Assembly: GCA_002773395.1 (NCBI GenBank)
Contig: PFBI01000004.1
Span: 12,615 to 76,614, forward strand
Length of the DNA: 64,000 nucleotides
Direction: 5' to 3'
Source of the DNA: Candidatus Kaiserbacteria bacterium CG10_big_fil_rev_8_21_14_0_10_47_16
Lineage (GTDB): Bacteria > Patescibacteriota > Minisyncoccia > Phycocordibacterales > UBA918
Below are positions 35,556-43,492 of this stretch, piece by piece (positions within the stretch are counted from its first letter, which is position 1; each line of letters opens with the position of its first letter). The translations under genes were made by a program, and so were the position numbers. The notes under the pieces were generated by a model. That model was given only the letters and a program-made list of their open reading frames with translations, made no database searches and was not told the DNA's origin.

Positions 35556-37823
35556 ATGTATCTTAAGGAGCTTACGATCAATGGATTCAAATCGTTCGCC
35601 AAGAAGGGCGAGCTTGAGTTCTCTGCGCCCATTACTGCAATCGTCGGTCCGAATGGTTCGGGGAAGTCGAACGTTGCAGAAGCGTTTCGGTTTGTACTCG
35701 GTGAGCAATCTCCATCGAAGATGCGTGGAAAAAAGGGCGAGGATCTTATCTGGAGTGGTTCAGAGAGTTCGTCGCGTTCCAACCGCGCGGTCGTTGCTAT
35801 CACGCTCAACAACGAGCAGAAAATATTTCCACTCGATTTTAATGAAATTACCATTGAGCGTGCAGTGAACCGTGATGGGAGTAATGAGTACAGTATCAAC
35901 GGGTCACGCGCCCGCCTTCGCGATGTGCAGGAGATTCTCGCTGCCGCGAACATTGGATCAACGGGTCACCATATTATCTCGCAAGGAGAAGCCGATCGTA
36001 TTCTCTCTGCAAATCCACGCGAGCGCCGTGAAATGATTGAGGACGCACTCGGCCTGAAGGTCTATCAATACAAAAAGCAGGAGAGTGAGAAGAAACTCAA
36101 AAAGACGGTAGAAAATATTGCACAGGTTGAGTCGCTTCGCAGGGAGGTTGCGCCGCATTTGAAGTTTCTTGAGAAGCAGGTAAAGAAGATGGAAAAGGCA
36201 CTTGAGTTGCAGGAAGAACTTAAGGTGTTTTATGCAGCATATTTAAAGCGAGAAGACGTATATCTCACGCATAACACAGAACGGTTAACTCGCGAGAAGC
36301 ACGCTCCGGAAGCACGACAAAAAGAACTTACCGAAAAACTCGCTGAAGCAAAGGCACAGCTCGCAAAGGCAACACAAGATGATAAGCGTGACGCACTCAT
36401 TGCACTCGAACGCGATATTTCTTCAGTACGCACCGAACGGCAAGAGATTATGCGTGAGAGTGGGAAGCTCGAAGGGCAGATTAGTTTTATTGAGCGTTCG
36501 CTTGCGGAAGCAAAGCGACAAAGTGCGGAGGTTGTAGAATCACCAATTCCGTATACTGAGTTTGCTCGCGCAGCAGAATCAGTTGAGAGAGCTGTCTCTG
36601 CTGCCGCAGAGAGCACTGACGTTTCGCTCCTGCAGCGTACGCTTCGTGATGTGCTCGGTACTATCAAAACGCTCCTCGTACGCGAATTTGCAGAAACAAA
36701 GCCACAGACTGAACGAGAAGAAGCAGAACTCCAGTCGCTCCAATCAGCACGCGCAGCATTTGAAGAAAAGCAGAAAGCTATTGAAGCACGCGAATCGGAA
36801 CTTCAGAATAAATACGAACTCCTCCGAACGTCTATTGAAGAAGAACACTCTCTGAGTCGAGACGCTGAGCGTGCGGTGTTTGAAATCATGAACGAACAAC
36901 GCGAGATCGAGCATACGCTTTCTCGTATAGCCTCTCTGCTCCATACGCTCTCACGCGACAGAGAAGAGTTTACGCGAGAGGTACAAGAAGCAATTGCGCT
37001 CATCCGTAGTAGTGCAAAAGACTACCAGAGTAAACCAGTATTAGATGCGCACGGCGCTGTGGTTTCAGAAGACGAAATGATAAACGAAGATCGAGATGTG
37101 CAGCGTGATCGACGGCGAACGCTTGAGAAGATGAAAATCAGACTTGAAGAACTTGGTGCAGGTGAAGCAGACGATGTGTTGAAGGAATATAAAGACGTAA
37201 AAGAACGTGATGAGTTTTTGGTACACGAAGTCACCGACCTTACCGATTCGGTTGCAAAGCTCGAGTCGCTTATCGCTGATCTTACTGAACAGCTGAATAA
37301 GGAATTTGTAATAGGTATTGAAAAGATCGATGCTGAGTTCAATCGGTTCTTTATGCTTATGTTCGGAGGTGGTATGGCAAAGTTGCTTCGCGTGAAGCCG
37401 AAGGTTCGTCGAAAGAGTGTGGACGGTGAAGAGGAAGATACTGATGATGAATCCGAAGAAGACGTTGAAGAGGGAATTGAGATCGATGTAAAACTTCCAA
37501 ACAAACGCGTTCGAGGCCTCGATATGCTTTCAGGTGGGGAACGTGCACTGACGAGTATTGCGCTTATTTTTGCGATGAGTCAGGTCAACCCACCGCTCTT
37601 TGTTATTCTTGATGAGACTGATGCTGCACTCGATGAAGCAAATAGCCGCCGGTACGGCGACATGATTTCAGAGCTGGGGAAACGATCACAACTTATTTTA
37701 ATTACGCACAACCGTGAGACGATGGGACGAGCGGGCGTGCTCTACGGAGTGACGATGGGAGGGGACGGCATGTCGAGACTTCTTTCGGTCAAATTTGAAG
37801 AAGCACTCGCGGTCGCAAAGTAG
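35556..37823 (+). CDS. smc: Chromosome segregation ATPase SMC (short 755-aa form)
   Basis: Walker A GPNGSGKSN. Coiled-coil middle. LSGGERALTSIALIFA signature. Walker B/D-loop ILDETDAALD. rnc upstream and scpB in the window support a canonical condensin. Confidence 0.8.
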   Translation: MYLKELTINGFKSFAKKGELEFSAPITAIVGPNGSGKSNVAEAFRFVLGEQSPSKMRGKKGEDLIWSGSESSSRSNRAVVAITLNNEQKIFPLDFNEITIERAVNRDGSNEYSINGSRARLRDVQEILAAANIGSTGHHIISQGEADRILSANPRERREMIEDALGLKVYQYKKQESEKKLKKTVENIAQVESLRREVAPHLKFLEKQVKKMEKALELQEELKVFYAAYLKREDVYLTHNTERLTREKHAPEARQKELTEKLAEAKAQLAKATQDDKRDALIALERDISSVRTERQEIMRESGKLEGQISFIERSLAEAKRQSAEVVESPIPYTEFARAAESVERAVSAAAESTDVSLLQRTLRDVLGTIKTLLVREFAETKPQTEREEAELQSLQSARAAFEEKQKAIEARESELQNKYELLRTSIEEEHSLSRDAERAVFEIMNEQREIEHTLSRIASLLHTLSRDREEFTREVQEAIALIRSSAKDYQSKPVLDAHGAVVSEDEMINEDRDVQRDRRRTLEKMKIRLEELGAGEADDVLKEYKDVKERDEFLVHEVTDLTDSVAKLESLIADLTEQLNKEFVIGIEKIDAEFNRFFMLMFGGGMAKLLRVKPKVRRKSVDGEEEDTDDESEEDVEEGIEIDVKLPNKRVRGLDMLSGGERALTSIALIFAMSQVNPPLFVILDETDAALDEANSRRYGDMISELGKRSQLILITHNRETMGRAGVLYGVTMGGDGMSRLLSVKFEEALAVAK

Positions 37824-37970
37824 TATTACGAATGCAGGGAAGCGGTAGACGCTTCTTGTAGCATTGCGAAGAGTTGTTCGGTACGTGTTTCTCCGCGCAC
37901 TTCTTTTTTTGTACGAGTGTATGCCTCCATACTAGTAATGACGCAGGAGAGAAAACATTCTTACATATGA

Positions 37971-38025
37971 GAAAAGCCCGATCGTGTGCGTAGTGTGTTG
38001 ACTACGTATACGTATCGGGCTTTTC
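37971..38025. terminator. Compound hairpin between convergent smc and the downstream minus-strand gene
   Basis: aaaagcccgat … atcgggctttt arms with a structured loop. Modest T-tract. Confidence 0.45.
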
Positions 38026-38026
38026 A

Positions 38027-38302
38027 TCATCGCGCCAGTGCACATAACGCACACTCCTCTTCTTCTACAGGAACAATACCTGCAAAGCTCACCTGCGGCT
38101 CTACAAGCCGCAGAATTCGCTTAGGAGAAACGATGCTCGGATCAAAGCGTATGTGTCCAATAATGGCACCATTGGGTTCAGTAAAGAAGTGAAGCACTTC
38201 GATACCGTTCGCACGCAATATCCGTTGTATCGCACGTTTGGTGATATCGTTTCTCCGAAAGCCGATGATGACGACTTGGTGGAGTTTGTTCATTCCTCTC
38301 AC
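38027..38302 (-). CDS. Small hypothetical alpha/beta protein (possible PII-like or YhbY-like fold)
   Basis: …VVIIGFRRNDITKRAIQRILRANGIEV… pattern. Assignment tentative. Confidence 0.3.
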   Translation of the reverse strand: MRGMNKLHQVVIIGFRRNDITKRAIQRILRANGIEVLHFFTEPNGAIIGHIRFDPSIVSPKRILRLVEPQVSFAGIVPVEEEECALCALAR

Positions 38303-38335
38303 CTCCTTTCTGAATTGATTTTAGCAGGAAATAGT

Positions 38336-40264
38336 TTAACTGGATAGAAGCTCGAAATCGAGTTCTCGGTTTTGGATATCTGCCCTGGTGAGCTTGACGC
38401 GGATGCTGTCTCCGAGTGTATAAATCTTGCCGGTACGTTGGCCTTTGATGCGATACTTACTCGCCTGATGCTCAAAGAAATCAGTCTTGAGACTTGCGAG
38501 ACGGATCATACCTTCTGCCTTTGATTCCACATCTTCCACGTAAATACCCCAGTCGGTGACGCCGGTAATGGTTGCGTTAAACTCTTGTCCAACACGGTCT
38601 GCCATGTACTCGACTTGTTTGAATTTGATTGAGTCGCGTTCTGCGCGTACGGCAGTCATTTCGCGTTCTGAGGACTGGATAGAAAGCTTCTCGTACTTCG
38701 CGATCTCTTTGCCACTAATTGGTGAGTGATCGATGTTGCGACGGAGGAGTCGGTGCACCATAAGGTCAGGATACCGACGAATTGGTGACGTAAAGTGTGT
38801 GTAGTGTTTGAAGGCGAGACCGAAGTGACCGATGTTTTTGGTTGAGTACACTGCTTTTGCCATCGAACGAATGGTTGCCGTTTTAATAAGATTTTCTTCT
38901 GGTACACCGGTTACTTCTTTGAGCAGTTTATTGAGACTCTTTCCGCTCACAATACCTTTTTGAGTTTCGAGGTCGTATCCGAGTGCGCGGAGGAATATAG
39001 CAAGTTCTTCAATTTTGTCTGGATCAGGAAGATCGTGGATACGATAGACAAAAGCCGCATCGCGACCCTTCGCCTTTGCGAGCGCATAAATATGCTCGGA
39101 CACCTTTCGGTTGGCAAGAAGCATAAAATCTTCAATCATGAGCATTGTTTCGGTACGGACCTTTGTATATGCACGAATCGGTTTGCCTGTTTCATCAAGT
39201 TCGAACTTTACTTCTGGCTGCTCAAAGGCGATCGCACCGTTTGTATATCGCTTGCGACGAAGAATACGCCCAATACTCATAAGGGTATTGAGTTCATCAA
39301 GATGTACGCCCGCTTGCTTGTCGAGCACTTCCTGCGCGTCTTCGTAGCTGAAGCGCTTATCTGAATGGATGATGGTCTGGCCGTACCATTCTTGTTCAAT
39401 ATGGCCATCTGCAGTCATTTCAAAAACTGCAGAAAAGGCGAGCCGGTCTTCATTCGGACGAAGTGAACAGAGATCATTTGAAAGTACTTCTGGGAGCATC
39501 GGAATCACGCGATCCACAAGGTAAATTGAAGTACCACGTTCACGCGCTTCAACATCGATAACTTCGTTCTCACGAACATAGTGCGAGACATCGGCAATAT
39601 GGATACCGATTTGGAAGTTTCCGTTTGGAAGCGTATCAAACGAAATCGCATCGTCGAAGTCTTTTGCATCCGCAGGGTCGATGGTCATTGTGGTTGCGCT
39701 GCGCATGTCGCGACGCTTTGGATCTTGTTCTGCATCTTTAAAAATTTGGTCTTTCGTCTCGTAGAGTTTTTGGGCAGCTTCTTGCACTGGTTCAGGAAAG
39801 TTCTTTGAAAATCCGCCACCACGAATGATGGCCTGCATCTCAGTTTCGTGGTCTCCCGCCGGGCCGAGCACTTCAGTGATTTCTCCCGCAGGATCTTCCT
39901 CAGGACTTTTCCACGAAGTGACCTTCACGACGATTTTCATACCCTCATGAATGTCTGTTGCATTGGTGAGAAGGGGTCGTACGTGAATCCGCTTGTTGTC
40001 AGGAATGAGATGCCATCCATCTGCTTTCTTGAGAGCGAGCCCAATGAGCTCGTCGTGCTTTGGTTTGATCACGCGAGTGACCTTTGCCATGTGGCGGCCT
40101 TCACTGTTCTTTCCGAGGAGTTCAACCTCAACAAGATCGCCATCGAGCGCGAAGCCAAGGGCTTCGCGCTCGATCACTGCGTCCTCTTCTTCATCGGGAA
40201 GGGCAAAAAAACCCGTGCCTTTCCCACGGATCATAATGATGCCCTCGTGTGTAGTTGTAGCCAT
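38336..40264 (-). CDS. rnr: Ribonuclease R (RNB family 3'-5' exoribonuclease) with a C-terminal S1 domain
   Basis: Cold-shock-like N-terminus. RNB domain (…DFDDAISFD…). C-terminal S1 (…GVTDWGIYVED…). Start at MATTTHEG; the tracked ORF's extra 115 N-terminal residues are rejected. Confidence 0.85.
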   Translation of the reverse strand: MATTTHEGIIMIRGKGTGFFALPDEEEDAVIEREALGFALDGDLVEVELLGKNSEGRHMAKVTRVIKPKHDELIGLALKKADGWHLIPDNKRIHVRPLLTNATDIHEGMKIVVKVTSWKSPEEDPAGEITEVLGPAGDHETEMQAIIRGGGFSKNFPEPVQEAAQKLYETKDQIFKDAEQDPKRRDMRSATTMTIDPADAKDFDDAISFDTLPNGNFQIGIHIADVSHYVRENEVIDVEARERGTSIYLVDRVIPMLPEVLSNDLCSLRPNEDRLAFSAVFEMTADGHIEQEWYGQTIIHSDKRFSYEDAQEVLDKQAGVHLDELNTLMSIGRILRRKRYTNGAIAFEQPEVKFELDETGKPIRAYTKVRTETMLMIEDFMLLANRKVSEHIYALAKAKGRDAAFVYRIHDLPDPDKIEELAIFLRALGYDLETQKGIVSGKSLNKLLKEVTGVPEENLIKTATIRSMAKAVYSTKNIGHFGLAFKHYTHFTSPIRRYPDLMVHRLLRRNIDHSPISGKEIAKYEKLSIQSSEREMTAVRAERDSIKFKQVEYMADRVGQEFNATITGVTDWGIYVEDVESKAEGMIRLASLKTDFFEHQASKYRIKGQRTGKIYTLGDSIRVKLTRADIQNRELDFELLSS

Positions 40265-40328
40265 GGGCGGAGTATAACAGTCATGAGGCATATTGACCAT
40301 ATGGTTACAATCTGTTACAGTTTCGGCC

Positions 40329-40853
40329 ATGCTAAAAATGCGATTACAAAGAACAGGTCGGAAGAATGATGCGTCATTTCGTGTTGTGGTAACTGACTCA
40401 CGTCGCGGTCCAAAAAGCGGCAAACACGTAGATCTTCTTGGTTCATACAATCCAAAAATGAACAATGTACAGATCGACGGAGAAAAGGCTAAGTCTTGGA
40501 TCGCAAAGGGAGTACAGGTATCTGATACGGTACACAATCTTCTCGTAGGCCAAAAGGTTATTGAGGGGAAGAAGATTAACGTTCTCCCACGAAAATCTCC
40601 TGTTATCAACGAAGCAAAGGTGAAGGCAGAAGCAGAAGCTGCAGCTGCAAAGGAGGCGAAGGAAGCCGCTGAAAAAGCGGCAGCCGAAGCACCAGCTGAA
40701 GAAGCTGCACCTGAAGCTGATGTTCCTGCAGAAGCAGAGACAGAAGCTACACCAGAGGAAGCACCAGTAGAAGCAGAAGCTCCAGTAGAACCTGAAGCAG
40801 AAGCAGTTACTGAGGAAGCTCCTGCACCAGAGGCTGAAGAGCCAAAGGCGTAG
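40329..40853 (+). CDS. rpsP: 30S ribosomal protein S16 with an ~85-aa Ala/Glu/Pro-rich C-terminal extension
   Basis: MLKMRLQRTGRKNDASFRVVVTDSRR… then a low-complexity AEAP-type tail. Confidence 0.85.
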   Translation: MLKMRLQRTGRKNDASFRVVVTDSRRGPKSGKHVDLLGSYNPKMNNVQIDGEKAKSWIAKGVQVSDTVHNLLVGQKVIEGKKINVLPRKSPVINEAKVKAEAEAAAAKEAKEAAEKAAAEAPAEEAAPEADVPAEAETEATPEEAPVEAEAPVEPEAEAVTEEAPAPEAEEPKA

Positions 40854-40898
40854 GCAAAAACGAAATTATAAAACAGCGCGATTGTTACAATCGCGCTG

Positions 40899-40927
40899 TT
40901 GACGTTTATGGGTACCTCTCGTACTAT
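40899..40927 (+). promoter_or_regulatory. Candidate sigma70-like promoter: TTGACG, 17-nt spacer, TACTAT
   Basis: Hexamers read by eye, upstream of the KH gene. Confidence 0.3.
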
Positions 40928-40991
40928 TTAGAGAGCACGATACTGAAGTCAGCTATCTGCCGCTTAACAGTTAGTTCTAAACACACCTTGT

Positions 40992-41348
40992 ATGCAAGAA
41001 GATCAGCAATTTCTCGAAGCACTTGTAAAAGCACTCGTTGACCATCCAGAAAGTGTAAAGATCAATCGCACCGTTGATGAAATGGGTGTTCTCCTTACCC
41101 TCGACGTTCATGCGGAAGACATGGGAAAGATTATTGGTCGCAGTGGTAATACCGCAAAGGCGATCCGTACACTTCTCCGTGTTGTCGGTATGAAGCACGA
41201 TGCACGCGTAAATCTTAAGATCAATGAACCAGAAGGAGGGAAGGGCATGATGGGTACTATGGCAGGGAGTGACTCTACTGATATGGATGCGGAAGTGGCG
41301 CCACAGCCTAAGTCACTCGACGAGGCTATCGACGACTTGAAGATCTAA
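40992..41348 (+). CDS. KH-domain RNA-binding protein (YlqC/UPF0109-like)
   Basis: …GKIIGRSGNTAKAIRTLL… GxxG KH loop. Canonical position after rpsP. Confidence 0.75.
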   Translation: MQEDQQFLEALVKALVDHPESVKINRTVDEMGVLLTLDVHAEDMGKIIGRSGNTAKAIRTLLRVVGMKHDARVNLKINEPEGGKGMMGTMAGSDSTDMDAEVAPQPKSLDEAIDDLKI

Positions 41349-41483
41349 AACTGGAAAATTTCTTTGTCGCACATCAAAATTTTTTGTTCACCGTACGATT
41401 TGTACGACTCACAAAAAATTTCTCGTGCTTCGCGAACTTTCCTCAGTTTTTGACTTCAAGTGGGAAGATAAAAAAAGAAAAAA

Positions 41484-41510
41484 CCGCGGACTACCGTCCG
41501 CGGCGTTTTC
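41484..41510 (+). terminator. Hairpin plus short T-tract between the KH gene and the NADAR gene
   Basis: ccgcggac-tacc-gtccgcgg followed by cgTTTTc. Confidence 0.45.
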
Positions 41511-41526
41511 TGATACTATAAAAGCG

Positions 41527-41961
41527 ATGCTGCAATTGGAACCAATTAATTTTGCTGAGCATAGATTTCACTATCTTGCACCTTTCTCTGCACATGAGAT
41601 AGAGATCGATGGCGTGATATATAAAACGGCAGAGCATGCGTATCAAGCGCTTCGGGTGATTCCTGAAGCCCGTCATAGAATTATTGCGGCACGAAGTCCA
41701 CTAGATGCATGGCGAGAAGGGCAGAAGTGTAAGGAAAATAATGAAGTGCTTCTGGATTATGATAAAGATGCACTTATGGAACAAATCTTCCGCGCCAAGC
41801 TCAAGCAACATGATGATGTGAAGCAAGTACTCATAGAGTCCGGCGAAAGAGGTTTATTGAAGTTGCATGGGTCAGATTATTATTGGGGCACAGGTGCAGA
41901 TGGTTCTGGAAAAAACAGAATGGGTAAAATTTGGATGAAACTTAGAGAAGAAATTAAATAA
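41527..41961 (+). CDS. NADAR (YbiA/DUF1768) family protein
   Basis: …FHYLAPFSAHEIEIDGVIYKTAEHAYQALRV… matches the NADAR core (F..FSNF…DG..Y.T.EH.FQA). Start at MLQLEP; the ORF is open from 41425 across the hairpin. Confidence 0.6.
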   Translation: MLQLEPINFAEHRFHYLAPFSAHEIEIDGVIYKTAEHAYQALRVIPEARHRIIAARSPLDAWREGQKCKENNEVLLDYDKDALMEQIFRAKLKQHDDVKQVLIESGERGLLKLHGSDYYWGTGADGSGKNRMGKIWMKLREEIK

Positions 41962-41962
41962 T

Positions 41963-42634
41963 ATGAACTTTCACGTAATCACACTGTTTCCAGATATTTG
42001 CAAAGCGTACACAGACGCGGGTGTGTTAGGGCGTGCGCAGAAGACTGAGAAAGGGAAAGGAGCAAAAGTGCGTGGAAAGAAAATTGCTGTTGCGTATTAC
42101 AACCCGCGCGACTACACAAAAGACAAACACAATAAAGTAGACGAGCGTCCGTACGGCGGCGGTCCAGGCATGGTGATGCAAGCTGCACCAATTCTGAAAG
42201 CAGTCGAGAAAGCAGTTGGAAAAAAGAATCCGAAAGAAGTGAAGGTGCTTATTATGGCACCGCGCGGAAAAAAGTTTGATACCGCGATGGCAAAGAAGCT
42301 TGCGAAAAGCTACAAACACCTCGTACTCATCTCTGGTCGCTACGAAGGTATTGATGCGCGTGTAAAGAAGATTTTGAAAGCCGAAGAGATTTCGGTAGGA
42401 GACTATGTGCTCACAGGAGGCGAGCTCCCGGCACTTTCTATTATCGACTCTGTCGCGCGGCAAGTGGAAGGAGTGCTCGGTACCTACGAATCACTCGAGG
42501 AAAGTCGTATTTCAAGCGGAGAAATGTACACTCGTCCCGAAATCCTCGAATATAAGGGCAAGAAACACAAAGTCCCTAAAGTCCTCGTAGAAGGAAACCA
42601 TAAGGAAATAGAGAAATGGCGAAGTGGTAAATAG
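41963..42634 (+). CDS. trmD: tRNA (guanine37-N1)-methyltransferase
   Basis: MNFHVITLFPD…, SPOUT knot region …GGELPALSIIDSV…. Confidence 0.9.
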   Translation: MNFHVITLFPDICKAYTDAGVLGRAQKTEKGKGAKVRGKKIAVAYYNPRDYTKDKHNKVDERPYGGGPGMVMQAAPILKAVEKAVGKKNPKEVKVLIMAPRGKKFDTAMAKKLAKSYKHLVLISGRYEGIDARVKKILKAEEISVGDYVLTGGELPALSIIDSVARQVEGVLGTYESLEESRISSGEMYTRPEILEYKGKKHKVPKVLVEGNHKEIEKWRSGK

Positions 42635-42636
42635 TT

Positions 42637-43248
42637 ATGCATATTCAACCACATGATCATACTGGGGCAGCAACGGTAGCGTACGTGCTTAACTCTAAAT
42701 TTTCCAAGGAAGGCGTTGCAGCCATCTCAAAATTACATCAGGAGATATCAAAATATTTTGGAGAGCTCGCATGGTTGCTTCCATCGCAATCTTTGCACGT
42801 AACGCTTATGGATTGGATTGCGCCGTTTGTGCAATACGGTGAAGATCCTGACATACTTTTTAAAAAGCATGGTGAACGATATATCTCTGTTCTCGAAGAT
42901 ATCGTAAAGAAGGAGGGTCCGATATCTGTTCATTTTAACCAGATTAATATATCGCCGACCACTATATTTATTCAAGGCACTGATGATGGGGCATATCAGA
43001 GAATAAGAGAATCTTTTTTAATGAAAGCGGAGCTCCTCCCCGGTACTAAGCAGCCACCGAGCATTATTCATGCGTCCATCGCTCGATTTGTTGGTGTGGC
43101 AGATTTCCCTGAAGCTGAAGACTTTATTGCGACAGTCCCAGTCGATTTCGAAGAAAACATTGACGAGTTTCGCTTAGTACGAGAGACGATACTTCCTATG
43201 CAGGGATATGAAATACTCAGGACATTGCCACTACGTAGTAAAATTTGA
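42637..43248 (+). CDS. 2H phosphoesterase superfamily protein (LigT/ThpR-like RNA 2',3'-cyclic phosphodiesterase)
   Basis: Two H-x-[TS]-x motifs in the expected spacing: LHVTL and IHASIA. Confidence 0.6.
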   Translation: MHIQPHDHTGAATVAYVLNSKFSKEGVAAISKLHQEISKYFGELAWLLPSQSLHVTLMDWIAPFVQYGEDPDILFKKHGERYISVLEDIVKKEGPISVHFNQINISPTTIFIQGTDDGAYQRIRESFLMKAELLPGTKQPPSIIHASIARFVGVADFPEAEDFIATVPVDFEENIDEFRLVRETILPMQGYEILRTLPLRSKI

Positions 43249-43492
43249 CGGATTGGGGCTTATTTGGTACACTGCCGGCACGAAATTGGGGTCTTGGGAT
43301 GAGTTGCGGTTGAGGATTTATAAAATTTCGGCGTTCTTGGAAAATGAGTGGAGGCTCATTTTTTAACTTTTTTACTCACAATACGTGATGCAATTACAAG
43401 CCGATTAAGGTAGCGCAGTATTTTGTACGCATTTATAATGCGGAATTTTTTGTGTCTAGCTTTCTCACATTATTCACTAGTCGAATATCATA

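Noticed and set aside
35556-37823. The SMC-like ATPase as a defence-system component (Wadjet or Lamassu type)
   Set aside because: The classic rnc-smc adjacency and the presence of scpB in the window fit the housekeeping condensin, and there are no partner nuclease genes. Only the short length is unusual.
40265-40609. 115-aa N-terminal extension of RNase R to the ORF start at 40609
   Set aside because: The extension is low-complexity and non-conserved, and it overlaps the rpsP start and promoter region on the other strand. The ATG at 40264 gives a canonical RNase R N-terminus.
40600-40853. DNA-level gca/gaa/gct periodic repeats resembling a short tandem repeat or CRISPR array
   Set aside because: They are in frame within rpsP and encode the Ala/Glu/Pro-rich tail. 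There are no direct repeats with unique spacers. No CRISPR array is present anywhere in the window.
41425-41526. Longer NADAR ORF starting at 41425
   Set aside because: The extra 34 residues would be translated through a GC-rich hairpin plus T-tract that looks like the KH gene's terminator. The NADAR core begins after the ATG at 41527. The start remains uncertain.
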